A DNA stretch of 64,000 bases from an uncultured Lachnospiraceae bacterium. GTDB taxonomy: Bacteria > Bacillota > Clostridia > Lachnospirales > Lachnospiraceae. Position 1 is the first letter of the stretch. Each line of letters starts with the position of its first letter. The stretch spans positions 119,398-183,397 of the forward strand of contig CAKRGM010000001.1 of NCBI GenBank assembly GCA_934330725.1. Direction: 5' to 3'. The notes beneath the pieces are model-generated. The model saw only the letters and a program-made list of their open reading frames with translations, made no database searches and was not told the DNA's origin. This document shows, in pieces, positions 1 through 9,474 of this stretch. Both the position numbers and the translations under genes were made by a program.

Positions 1-140
1 TATTTGATGCTACTCAGACAATGGTTTCACAGATTGCTGATGACTTATATGAAGTTCAGGTTGTTTCATGGTATGATAACGAAAATTCATACACAAGCCA
101 GATGGTTAGAACAATTAAGTATTTCTCAGAATTAGCTTAA
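1..140 (+). CDS. gap: Glyceraldehyde-3-phosphate dehydrogenase, C-terminal fragment (5' part outside window)
   Basis: Frame 3 reads FDATQTMVSQIADDLYEVQVVSWYDNENSYTSQMVRTIKYFSELA-stop (TAA 138-140). The SWYDNE tail is the conserved GAPDH C-terminus, and pgk follows as in glycolytic operons. Confidence 0.85.
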   Translation, partial: FDATQTMVSQIADDLYEVQVVSWYDNENSYTSQMVRTIKYFSELA

Positions 141-185
141 TTATATAGTTGATTTATCAGATATGCATTTGTGTATTTGATTATA

Positions 186-229
186 CCGGAGAATTTGAGC
201 TTACTTTGCTTTAGGTTCTCCGGTTTTTT
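186..229 (+). terminator. Rho-independent terminator/attenuator between gap and pgk
   Basis: CCGGAGAA (186-193) pairs with TTCTCCGG (216-223) and is followed by T6 (224-229). Confidence 0.65.
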
Positions 230-262
230 AAACAATAAACTTTAAACGTGGAGGGATTTAAA

Positions 263-1462
263 ATGCTTAATAAAAAGACAGTCGATGATATCGATGTAAA
301 AGGTAAAAGAGTATTAACAAGATGCGATTTTAACGTACCTTTGGATGGTGGAAAGATTACAGATGAAACTCGTCTTGTAGCTGCACTTCCTACAATTAAG
401 AAGCTTATCGCTGGTGGTGGAAAGGTAATCCTTTGCTCACATCTTGGTAAGCCAAAGGGAGAACCAAAGCCAGAATTATCTTTAGCTCCAGTTGCAAAGA
501 GATTATCAGAGCTTTTAGGACAGGAAGTTAAGTTTGCTGCTGACAACAATGTTGTTGGTGAAAATGCAAAGGCTGCTGTAGCTGCAATGAATGATGGAGA
601 TGTAATCTTACTTGAGAATACACGTTACAGAGCAGAAGAAACAAAGAATGGTGATGAATTCGCAAAGGAACTTGCTTCACTTGCTGACGTATTTGTAAAC
701 GATGCATTTGGTACAGCTCACAGAGCACACTGCTCAAATGTTGGTGTTACAAAGTATATTAATGGTCCAGCTGTTGTAGGATACTTAATGGAGAAGGAAA
801 TCAACTTCCTTGGCAATGCTGTTAATAATCCAAAGAGACCTTTCGTTGCTATCCTTGGTGGATCAAAGGTTTCATCAAAGATTTCTGTTATCAACAACCT
901 TCTTGACAAGGTAGATACATTAATCATCGGTGGTGGTATGGCTTATACATTCTGGAAAGCAGAAGGATATAATATTGGTAAGTCATTACTTGAAGAAGAT
1001 TTCCTTGATTATGCTAAGGAAATGATTGAAAAGGCAAAGAATAAGGGCGTTAAGTTATTAATCCCTGTAGATACAGTTGTTGCTAAAGAATTTAAGAACG
1101 AAGCTCCTTCAAGAGTAGTAGATGCTGATGGAATGGAAGCAGATGATATCGGACTTGATATCGGACCTAAGACAGCAGAACTTTATAAGGATGCTTTAAA
1201 GGATGCTAAGACAGTAGTATGGAATGGACCTATGGGTGTATTCGAATTTGCAAACTTTGCAAAGGGAACAATCGCTATTGCTGAAGAACTTGCTAAGTTA
1301 ACAGATGCTACAACAATCATCGGTGGTGGTGATTCAGCTGCAGCTGTTAATAATTTAGGATTTGGAGATAAGATGACACACATCTCAACAGGTGGCGGTG
1401 CATCTCTTGAATTCCTTGAAGGAAAGGATCTTCCAGGCGTAGTTGCTGCTAATGATAAATAA
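263..1462 (+). CDS. pgk: Phosphoglycerate kinase
   Basis: ORF 248..1462. The ATG at 263 follows GGAGGG. Full-length PGK motifs are present ([46 protein letters not shown]). Confidence 0.97.
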   Translation: MLNKKTVDDIDVKGKRVLTRCDFNVPLDGGKITDETRLVAALPTIKKLIAGGGKVILCSHLGKPKGEPKPELSLAPVAKRLSELLGQEVKFAADNNVVGENAKAAVAAMNDGDVILLENTRYRAEETKNGDEFAKELASLADVFVNDAFGTAHRAHCSNVGVTKYINGPAVVGYLMEKEINFLGNAVNNPKRPFVAILGGSKVSSKISVINNLLDKVDTLIIGGGMAYTFWKAEGYNIGKSLLEEDFLDYAKEMIEKAKNKGVKLLIPVDTVVAKEFKNEAPSRVVDADGMEADDIGLDIGPKTAELYKDALKDAKTVVWNGPMGVFEFANFAKGTIAIAEELAKLTDATTIIGGGDSAAAVNNLGFGDKMTHISTGGGASLEFLEGKDLPGVVAANDK

Positions 1463-1518
1463 TTAGTTCCAATTATTGACATGAAGTATTAAATATTAAT
1501 TAGAGATTGTTATATTTA

Positions 1519-1603
1519 CAAGAACTCCATTACCGGTGGTTATATGCTTTATATAGCTGTTTTAAACAGCTGATGCATTATAATACCAGTGATGGAGTTC
1601 TTG
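1519..1603. repeat. 85-nt long imperfect palindrome (hairpin) downstream of pgk
   Basis: CAAGAACTCCAT at 1519-1530 is the exact reverse complement of ATGGAGTTCTTG at 1592-1603. The arms continue with a few mismatches to a central perfect palindrome AGCTGTTT-T-AAACAGCT (1555-1571). No T-tract follows. Confidence 0.6.
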
Positions 1604-1650
1604 GCGTATAGATACAAATATGCACGATAAGATATAGGCAAGATAAAAGT

Positions 1651-1732
1651 AGCCATGATTGCAGAGCTAAATCTGAAATTCAGCTCGCGATTCCTTCGAC
1701 GTAAAGCGTCTGTGGAATGGAGGTTAACATGG
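1651..1732 (+). repeat. Copy A of an ~82-nt dispersed element (SD + ATG-containing leader fragment); partner at 38747..38827
   Basis: AGCCATGATTGCAGAGCTAAATCTGAAATTCAGCTCGCGATTCCTTCGACGTAAAGCGTCTGTGGAATGGAGGTTAACATGG differs from the 38747 copy at about 8 of 82 positions and is in the same orientation. Here the ATG opens only a 2-codon ORF (MEK-stop). Confidence 0.8.
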
Positions 1733-1743
1733 AGAAGTGACCA

Positions 1744-1778
1744 GACAAAAAGACCTGACACGGTTAAGTGCCAGGTCT
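1744..1778 (-). terminator. Rho-independent terminator of the minus-strand glycosyltransferase gene
   Basis: On the minus strand, AGACCTG / CAGGTCT form the stem (1778-1772 and 1757-1751), followed by TTTTTGT (1750-1744). It lies 34 nt past the stop at 1812. Confidence 0.7.
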
Positions 1779-1811
1779 TAATTCTGCGGTATTTAATTCT
1801 GCTTTTATTTA

Positions 1812-3134
1812 TTAATTATTCTTAATCTGCTGTTGCAGTTCAATATCTTCAACAGACTTTGAAATACAATGCGTAATAGGCTTCCATTCAACCTTTTTAA
1901 CTAAAGCAACTAATGATATTGGAATATATGTTGCCATAAACAGAGGAAATGTAAATAAATATAATACTTTCTTTTTGTTGTTGGCAAGAATCTTATTCCA
2001 TTCAGTTATCAAAGTTATTAAGCCCATCATAAACATTAATATGTAGAAGCTTAACATTGCATAACCAATGGCAGATAGCGCTGCCGGAAGTACTTTTAAC
2101 AATACACTCATATTAGAAGCACCACATATAATAAAACCAATATTGACTAATATGCATCCTACAGAAAGAAGAGTAGCAGGAGCTAATGTCATAAACATAT
2201 CATAGCAGGAGACAAACATTTCCCGTTTTTTGAACATCATTGAAATAAGTTCTCTGCCATATCTGAACATTACCTGATAAAAGCCTTTTGACCAACGCAT
2301 ACGCTGATTCCACGATTGCCTGAATGTTGTAGGCTGCTCATCATAAAACATTGCATTTTCACAATAACCAATCTTTTCACCTTCAAGAATGTTAACAACA
2401 GAAAATTGAATATCCTCAGTAAGAAGATTGAATTTCCAGCCGTCGTTCTTTTTTATTATAGAACTGTCAACAAGGAAACCTGTTCCTGATACGGCACAGC
2501 TTGTTTTCAACATCATACGCGGATTATTAAGGTATTTGGCTTCACGTATAAACCATAAAGAATACCCTGCCGTAATCCAGTTCGTATCATAATTCTTTGA
2601 ATTTCTATAACTTGTAATAACCTTATATCCACTGTTGAATACTTTATTCATCTCAGCAACATAATTACGATCTACAATATTATCTGCGTCAAAAATGAAA
2701 TATCCGTCATATGCAGTGTAATCGCCATGTTCTTTAGCAATCTTACTGAATGCATAATCAAGAGCATATCCTTTTCCGACTAAAATTTTATTAAAACGTT
2801 CATATACAATCGCACCGTTTTCTCTAGAAACAGCAGCGGTATTATCTGTACAATTGTCAGCAACAACAATAACGTCAATTAATTCAGAAGGATAATGCTG
2901 CTGTTTTATGCTTTGTATCAGATTACCGATAACAGCACTTTCATTACGTGCTGCAATAATAAATGCATACTTGTGAAGTGCACCATTTTCTTCTGTATTA
3001 ATATTCTTTTTCTTTTTTTCACCAACTAAGGCGATAACGATATATATGAACTGATAAAAGTACAATACAGTCAATACTGTATATATCACAGTATTGATTT
3101 TTGTAACTACTTCCATTATGTTTATCCCTTCCAT
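1812..3134 (-). CDS. Membrane-embedded family-2 glycosyltransferase (processive beta-glycan synthase type)
   Basis: 440-aa ORF with GT2 signature series VVADNCTDNT, FDADN, TEDIQF and QRMRWSKG (QxxRW), plus one N-terminal and several C-terminal hydrophobic helices. An alternative start at 3116 (MEVV) sits behind GGAAGGG. Confidence 0.85.
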   Translation of the reverse strand: MEGINIMEVVTKINTVIYTVLTVLYFYQFIYIVIALVGEKKKKNINTEENGALHKYAFIIAARNESAVIGNLIQSIKQQHYPSELIDVIVVADNCTDNTAAVSRENGAIVYERFNKILVGKGYALDYAFSKIAKEHGDYTAYDGYFIFDADNIVDRNYVAEMNKVFNSGYKVITSYRNSKNYDTNWITAGYSLWFIREAKYLNNPRMMLKTSCAVSGTGFLVDSSIIKKNDGWKFNLLTEDIQFSVVNILEGEKIGYCENAMFYDEQPTTFRQSWNQRMRWSKGFYQVMFRYGRELISMMFKKREMFVSCYDMFMTLAPATLLSVGCILVNIGFIICGASNMSVLLKVLPAALSAIGYAMLSFYILMFMMGLITLITEWNKILANNKKKVLYLFTFPLFMATYIPISLVALVKKVEWKPITHCISKSVEDIELQQQIKNN

Positions 3135-3329
3135 TTTATCAAAAATGAAAATATTTGTTTGAAATATCTCTAATGATTAAAGTCCTTTTAGAATTATATC
3201 ATTAGTTTTTTGGGTGTCAATACTAAATTGTGCTTTTTCTTGTTTTTTAATTCGTAAAACACAGAAATTTCATATTTAGTATTTGACAAATCTTCTTATT
3301 ATTATATTATATAAGATAAATGTTTATCA

Positions 3330-4688
3330 ATGCTAAATAATAATTTTATTTCAATAGACAGAAAGGATATCAGAATTAAAATGTATAAAGAAGTTTCGAA
3401 GTTAATAATGTATGGAAGTATGGATGAAGAATGCATTCTGGTAAAGATGGCAGATATTTTTGAAAGATTTGAAAATAAAAAATCATCAAAGGCACAGCTT
3501 ATTCAGGATATATATACCCAGATTAAGAGAATTCTGGTTGTGGCAACAGATTATGGCTTTGATAAAAATCTGTGGCACAATTATCTTACATTTATATTAA
3601 TAACAAATGAAAACCCATTTAGTATTACGTGTGAAAAAATTGGTGCAAATGACGGAAGTGTTAATGAATTTGCAAAAAATGATTTTAATGTATTTATAAA
3701 TCTGTTCAACTATGATTTTTCAGAAATAGAAAAAGAACTTGGTATTAACTGTTTTTCACTTATATCAAATTACAAATCAATAGTAAAGAAAGAACTCATG
3801 TATAATAAAAATGTCAGTGAAAAGGTTCAGGCACTTAGCGAAAAGCTTGAATCGGCTGAAACTGCAGATGAATTTTTTACATATGTTACAGACTTTTATA
3901 AGGATTACGGAGTTGGAATGTTTGGACTTAACAAAGCATTTCGTATCAGCAGTAATGATTCAGCCGGTGTTGTATTTCATCCGATTAATAATATGGATAA
4001 AGTCACACTCAATGATCTTATTGGATATGAGATACAAAAGAAGAAGCTTGTTGAGAATACAGAAAGTTTTGTGCAGGGAAGAAAAGCAAATAATGCTCTT
4101 TTATATGGTGACAGTGGTACAGGTAAATCAACAAGCATCAAGGCAATTGTAAATGAGTATTACGACCAGGGACTTAGAATGATTGAGATATACAAGCATC
4201 AGTTTAAGGATCTTTCGACTGTGATTTCGATGATAAAGAACAGAAATTACAAATTCATTATATATATGGATGATCTCTCATTTGAAGAATTTGAAATTGA
4301 ATATAAATTTTTAAAAGCGGTAATTGAAGGCGGAGTTGAAACAAAACCTGATAATATACTTATTTATGCTACATCTAACAGACGTCATCTTATCAAGGAA
4401 ACATGGAATGACAGATCTGATATGGAAAGTGGAAATGGACTTCACAGATCAGATACAATGGAAGAAAAGCTTTCATTAGTAAATAGATTTGGATGCCAGA
4501 TAAATTATTCAAAGCCATCACAGAAGGAATATTTTGATATTGTAGTGAATCTGGCAAAAAAGAATAATATTAAAATGTCAGATGATGAATTGTGTGCAGA
4601 AGCAAATAAATGGGAGTTAAGCCATGGCGGTATATCAGGACGTACGGCACAGCAGTTTATTAATCATCTTATGGGACTTAAAAAATAA
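3330..4688 (+). CDS. AAA-type ATPase of the DUF815 family
   Basis: Walker [38 protein letters not shown]. This is the typical DUF815 arrangement upstream of ruvA in Clostridia. The start is uncertain (3330 or ATG 3381). Confidence 0.75.
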   Translation: MLNNNFISIDRKDIRIKMYKEVSKLIMYGSMDEECILVKMADIFERFENKKSSKAQLIQDIYTQIKRILVVATDYGFDKNLWHNYLTFILITNENPFSITCEKIGANDGSVNEFAKNDFNVFINLFNYDFSEIEKELGINCFSLISNYKSIVKKELMYNKNVSEKVQALSEKLESAETADEFFTYVTDFYKDYGVGMFGLNKAFRISSNDSAGVVFHPINNMDKVTLNDLIGYEIQKKKLVENTESFVQGRKANNALLYGDSGTGKSTSIKAIVNEYYDQGLRMIEIYKHQFKDLSTVISMIKNRNYKFIIYMDDLSFEEFEIEYKFLKAVIEGGVETKPDNILIYATSNRRHLIKETWNDRSDMESGNGLHRSDTMEEKLSLVNRFGCQINYSKPSQKEYFDIVVNLAKKNNIKMSDDELCAEANKWELSHGGISGRTAQQFINHLMGLKK

Positions 4689-4703
4689 AAATGGTGAGGA
4701 ATT

Positions 4704-5312
4704 ATGGTTTCATATATTAAAGGAAAATTAGCAGAAGTATTTGAGGACACAATTGTAATTGAAAATAATGGAATGGGATTTAATGTAAGGGTTCCGGCAT
4801 CATTACTTGACAGCATACCGTCCGTTGGCGAGATGGTAAAGGTGTATACATATCTTTATGTCAGGGAGGATGCCATAAACTTATTTGGTTTTCTGACAAG
4901 GCAGGATCTTGATGTGTTTAAGCTTCTGCTTAATGTAAATGGTATAGGGCCGAAAGGAGCACTTGGTATACTTTCTACAATAACACCTGATGATTTGAGA
5001 TTTGCCGTGTTATCAGATGATGTAAAAGCAATATCAAAAGCACCGGGGATTGGGACGAAGACAGCACAGAAACTTATTATTGAATTAAAAGATAAGTTAA
5101 AGCTTGAATATTTTACAGATCAGGGAAAAATTGCGGACGGACAGGCTGTTTCAGCATCATCATCAGCTAAGAATGAGGCGGTAGAGGCGCTGGTTGCTTT
5201 GGGATATGCCAATAGTGAGGCAATAAAAACCGTTAATATGGTTGAAAATGTTAACGAAAAAGATACCGAGACTATTCTTAAGGAAGCGCTAAAGAAAATG
5301 GCGTTTTTGTAA
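4704..5312 (+). CDS. ruvA: Holliday junction DNA helicase subunit RuvA
   Basis: 202 aa. N-terminal OB fold (MVSYIKGKL...), HhH motifs (GIGPKGAL, APGIGTKTAQKLI), followed by ruvB. Confidence 0.95.
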   Translation: MVSYIKGKLAEVFEDTIVIENNGMGFNVRVPASLLDSIPSVGEMVKVYTYLYVREDAINLFGFLTRQDLDVFKLLLNVNGIGPKGALGILSTITPDDLRFAVLSDDVKAISKAPGIGTKTAQKLIIELKDKLKLEYFTDQGKIADGQAVSASSSAKNEAVEALVALGYANSEAIKTVNMVENVNEKDTETILKEALKKMAFL

Positions 5313-5335
5313 TTTGGTAATAAAGTGCCGGCAGC

Positions 5336-6343
5336 ATGGAGGTAAATGTGGAAAGAAGAATAATATCAACCCAGCTAGAGGAAGAAGACATAAAAATTGA
5401 AAATAATTTAAGACCTCTTAAGCTTGATGATTATATTGGGCAGGAAAAAGTAAAAAATAATTTAAAGGTATATATACAGGCGGCAAAGCAAAGAGGTGAT
5501 TCTCTTGACCATGTGTTGTTTTATGGCCCTCCGGGACTGGGAAAAACTACACTTGCAGGTATTATTGCCAATGAGATGGATGTGCATATGAAGGTTACAT
5601 CAGGACCTGCAATAGAACGTCCGGGGGATATGGCGGCAATACTTAACAATCTTTCAGAGGGGGATGTGCTTTTTGTTGATGAAATACACAGACTGAACAG
5701 ACAGGTTGAAGAAGTACTGTATCCGGCAATGGAAGATTTTGAAATTGATGTAATGATTGGAAAAGGTGCTACAGCGCGATCTATAAGGCTTGATTTGCCT
5801 AAATTTACGCTTGTTGGAGCAACAACGAGAGCAGGACTGCTTTCAGCACCGTTAAGAGACAGATTTGGGGTTGTAAACCATCTTGAATTTTATAACGTAT
5901 CTGAACTGCAGACGATAATTAAACGTTCAGCAGATGTGCTTGGCGTAAGTATAGATGATAAAGGAGCACATGAGCTGGCAAGAAGGTCAAGAGGAACACC
6001 GAGACTTGCAAACAGACTGCTTAAAAGAGTAAGAGATTTTGCACAGGTAAAGTATGATGGAAAGATAACCCTGGAGGTGGCCGATTTTGCGCTTGATCTG
6101 CTGGATGTTGACAGAGATGGCCTTGACAGGAATGACAGGATTATTCTTAATACGATAATAGGAAAATTTAACGGCGGTCCGGTCGGGATAGAAACTCTTG
6201 CAGCTTCAATTGGTGAGGATGCCGGAACACTTGAAGATGTTTATGAACCATATCTGATTCAGAACGGGTTTATTAACAGGACTCCAAGGGGAAGAGTAGC
6301 AACCACGCTTGCATATAAAAATCTTGGTATTGAACAAATATAG
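5336..6343 (+). CDS. ruvB: Holliday junction ATP-dependent DNA helicase RuvB
   Basis: [12 protein letters not shown], Walker [10 protein letters not shown], Walker [23 protein letters not shown] 5348 behind GGAGG is an equally good start. Confidence 0.97.
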   Translation: MEVNVERRIISTQLEEEDIKIENNLRPLKLDDYIGQEKVKNNLKVYIQAAKQRGDSLDHVLFYGPPGLGKTTLAGIIANEMDVHMKVTSGPAIERPGDMAAILNNLSEGDVLFVDEIHRLNRQVEEVLYPAMEDFEIDVMIGKGATARSIRLDLPKFTLVGATTRAGLLSAPLRDRFGVVNHLEFYNVSELQTIIKRSADVLGVSIDDKGAHELARRSRGTPRLANRLLKRVRDFAQVKYDGKITLEVADFALDLLDVDRDGLDRNDRIILNTIIGKFNGGPVGIETLAASIGEDAGTLEDVYEPYLIQNGFINRTPRGRVATTLAYKNLGIEQI

Positions 6344-6408
6344 TATTTATTGTATACTTATAAAAATGATTAGTCAGTAAATTGTTTACGTGTGATGAGG
6401 AGGATATA

Positions 6409-6816
6409 ATGTCATCAAAGAATGATGCTGAAGTTATAATTGCAGGCAAGGTTTTTACTATATCCGGATATGAGAGTAAAGAGTATCTGCAGAAAGTAGC
6501 TGCGTATATTAACGGTAAACTGGAGGGATTTAACAATAATGATTCTTTTAGGAGAACATCAGCAGAGGTTAGAACGAATCTTATGTATCTTAATATTGCG
6601 GATGATTATTTTAAGGCCAGGAAGATAGGAGATGACCTTCAGGAAGAGCTTGATATAAAGGTCAAAGAAATATATGATTTAAAGCATGATCTTATTAAAG
6701 CAAGAATGGAAAATGAGGCTGCATTAAAAGAAATAAAGACACTTGAAGATGAAAAAGAAAAGTTTAAAAAGAATATTGTTAAACTTGAAACAGAGCTTCA
6801 GGATATGAAAAAATAG
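6409..6816 (+). CDS. zapA: Cell division protein ZapA
   Basis: The ATG at 6409 follows GAGGAGG. N-terminal IIAGKVFTISGYESKEYLQKVAAYIN is ZapA-like, and the tail is a C-terminal coiled coil. Confidence 0.75.
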   Translation: MSSKNDAEVIIAGKVFTISGYESKEYLQKVAAYINGKLEGFNNNDSFRRTSAEVRTNLMYLNIADDYFKARKIGDDLQEELDIKVKEIYDLKHDLIKARMENEAALKEIKTLEDEKEKFKKNIVKLETELQDMKK

Positions 6817-6906
6817 AATTTATTGGACCTGTAATCTGAATAAATATAGTAATATATTTTATGGATTGCAGGTTCGATATATTTTTATAATAGTGGAGAA
6901 TGTAGG

Positions 6907-9474
6907 TTGAATAAAAATATTATTAATAAAGATGTGGAAGTGCTTGCACCGGCAGGCTCGTATGATATTATGAAAGCAGTTATCAATGCCGGAGCTGATG
7001 CGGTGTATCTTGGCGGAGATATGTTCGGAGCAAGGGCATATGCGGGTAATTTTAATGAAGATGAGCTTTTAAGGACAATCGATTATGCCCATGTGCATGA
7101 CAAAAAAATATATCTTACAGTTAATACTCTGCTTAAGGAACGTGAATTAGAGGAGCAGCTTGTAAAGTATCTTTTGCCATATTACAAAGAAGGTCTGGAT
7201 GCAGTAATAGTGCAGGATATGGGTGTACTTCGTGTTATCCATGAGAATTTTCCGGATATGCATATACATGCAAGCACCCAGATGACTATAACGGGAAGTT
7301 ATGGTGCTTCTATTCTTGAAAAATGTGGCACTTCAAGAATTGTAACTGCAAGGGAACTTAATCTTGGCGAAATCAAAAAAATACGTGAAAAGTGTGATAT
7401 TGAAATTGAAAGCTTTGTTCATGGAGCCTTATGTTACTGTTACTCAGGACAGTGTCTTTTTAGCAGTATGAATGGCGGAAGGAGTGGAAACAGAGGCAGA
7501 TGTGCACAGCCATGCAGAATGCCATATGATGTTTTCAGTAATGACGGAGGAACACATAATATAAATAATAAAAATGAAAAATATAGTTTGAGTCCAAAAG
7601 ATATGTGTACACTCAAGATTTTACCGGACATAATAGAGGCAGGCGTTTATTCACTTAAGATTGAAGGGCGCATGAAAAACATTATATATGCAGCCGGTGT
7701 GACACAGATGTATCGTAAATATGTTGACAGATATCTGCAATACGGAAAAGAAGCATATAGTGTTGATGAAAATGATGTGAACCGCCTTATGGATATATAT
7801 AACAGGGGAATGTTTACGACTGGTTATTATAATAATAGTAAGGGCAGGGACATGCTTTCGATTTCACGACCGAATCATATGGGAACAAAAGCACTCAGGG
7901 TTATTAGTAACAACAATGGTTTTGTTACATTTGAAGCTTTTGAAAACATTGATCCGCATGATGTGTTTGAAATAGATGCTGATAATTCATTTGCAAGCGG
8001 AGAAGCTGTTAAAAAAGGCGGCTTCCTTAAGGTAAATCTGCCTAAAAAATATAAACTTAATAAAGGCAGAATTTTATACAGAACAAAAAGTGAAACAATT
8101 TCACAGGATATTACTGATAAATGTGTAAAAAATAATATAAAGCGCAAAATAAATGTTATAGCAGATATTACAGAAGGAAAAAATGCTGTAATAAGGATAG
8201 AGGATGCAAAAGATCCGTCATTATTTATTGAACAGATTTCAGATGATATTGTATCGACTGCATTGAAACAGCCACTGTCAGAGGAAAAAGTGCTTGGACA
8301 GATAAACAGGTTTGGTGATACTGAATTTGAGCCGGATACCATAAAAGCTGTAATAAATGGCAGCACATTTGTTCCTGTAAAGCAGCTCAATGAGCTGAGA
8401 AGAAATGCAGTGAATTCATTTGAACAAAAGCTTATTGGCAGATTCAGACGCAAATATGAAGATGCGGTCACAGACATCAATATAAGTTTCAAAAGAAATA
8501 ACAACACCTTTAAATCTGATGTTACCGGAAAATGTGTATATGTAAAGAATTCAAAACAGGTAAAGCTGCTGTATAATGATGACAGCGTCGAATATATATA
8601 TTTTGATTTCGATATATTTGGAAATATCAGGGCAACTGATAGAAATTCACTGAATTCGCTGGAACATGAGGAAAATTCAGTACAAAAGCTTTTAAAGGAA
8701 TGTCATGCAGCGGGTAAAAAAGCAGTAATTGCACTTCCATATATTTTAAGAGAAAAAAATCATTCAAGATGTGAGAAGCTTCTTAGAGCATGTGGGTCAG
8801 ACAAAGACGCAGCTTATAATGCTGATGCTTTTTTGGTGAGAAATGTTGAGGAAATTGGTCTTATTAGTGAAATGTATTCAAAAGAAATTATTTCTGTTTC
8901 TGATGTAATAACAGATGCTAACCTGTATACATGGAATGAAATGGCGGTAAAAGAACTGCATACGCTTATAACATCATGCGGGTTGAGGCTTTTAAGATGT
9001 ACGCTTCCATTTGAACTTACATCGAAAGAAATCAGCAGTATAGGTACAAAGGTATGCGATGTGCAAAGAGAACTTATTGTATATGCCAGAATTCCGCTTA
9101 TGGTATCTGAACAGTGTCTGTACAGAACATTTAACAGATGCAGGATGAAGACTGATGGAAATGGTGGCATCAGTGAAAACTCCGGAGAATATAAAATAAA
9201 TACTAAAACAGATAATAAGTTAAATACTAAAATAACCATGAAAGCCCGCAATAATACTCTGTACAATATTGAAAACTGCTGTGATTACTGTTATAGTCTA
9301 ATAACAGATGAAAGAGTTTTTGATATTACGGATATGACGAAAGAAATACAAAAAATAAAACCTGATTATATCAGGTATGAGTTTATAGAGACAGATGATG
9401 TATATGGTGTGGTTAACAATACATTAAAAAAGGATGACAGCTACAGGGGTCATTTTGTACTGGGGGTTGAATAA
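6907..9474 (+). CDS. Peptidase U32 family protein (collagenase-like), long form
   Basis: TTG start behind GTGGAGAA. U32 signature ESFVHGALCYCYSGQCLFSS. 855 aa. Confidence 0.85.
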   Translation: MNKNIINKDVEVLAPAGSYDIMKAVINAGADAVYLGGDMFGARAYAGNFNEDELLRTIDYAHVHDKKIYLTVNTLLKERELEEQLVKYLLPYYKEGLDAVIVQDMGVLRVIHENFPDMHIHASTQMTITGSYGASILEKCGTSRIVTARELNLGEIKKIREKCDIEIESFVHGALCYCYSGQCLFSSMNGGRSGNRGRCAQPCRMPYDVFSNDGGTHNINNKNEKYSLSPKDMCTLKILPDIIEAGVYSLKIEGRMKNIIYAAGVTQMYRKYVDRYLQYGKEAYSVDENDVNRLMDIYNRGMFTTGYYNNSKGRDMLSISRPNHMGTKALRVISNNNGFVTFEAFENIDPHDVFEIDADNSFASGEAVKKGGFLKVNLPKKYKLNKGRILYRTKSETISQDITDKCVKNNIKRKINVIADITEGKNAVIRIEDAKDPSLFIEQISDDIVSTALKQPLSEEKVLGQINRFGDTEFEPDTIKAVINGSTFVPVKQLNELRRNAVNSFEQKLIGRFRRKYEDAVTDINISFKRNNNTFKSDVTGKCVYVKNSKQVKLLYNDDSVEYIYFDFDIFGNIRATDRNSLNSLEHEENSVQKLLKECHAAGKKAVIALPYILREKNHSRCEKLLRACGSDKDAAYNADAFLVRNVEEIGLISEMYSKEIISVSDVITDANLYTWNEMAVKELHTLITSCGLRLLRCTLPFELTSKEISSIGTKVCDVQRELIVYARIPLMVSEQCLYRTFNRCRMKTDGNGGISENSGEYKINTKTDNKLNTKITMKARNNTLYNIENCCDYCYSLITDERVFDITDMTKEIQKIKPDYIRYEFIETDDVYGVVNNTLKKDDSYRGHFVLGVE

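Noticed and set aside
1730-1738. Mini-ORF MEK-stop behind the SD of repeat copy A, as a possible leader peptide
   Set aside because: It has only two sense codons after the ATG and no downstream gene on this strand to regulate. The next feature is the terminator of a convergent gene.
7875-8507. 210-aa minus-strand ORF, and similar long antisense ORFs at 211..549, 20236..20712, 23785..24474, 24096..24521, 35934..36629, 41904..42311 and 54090..54506
   Set aside because: Each lies entirely inside a well-supported plus-strand gene with clear family motifs. Their translations are low-complexity (S/F/L/I-rich), have no RBS and are typical antisense shadows in AT-rich DNA.
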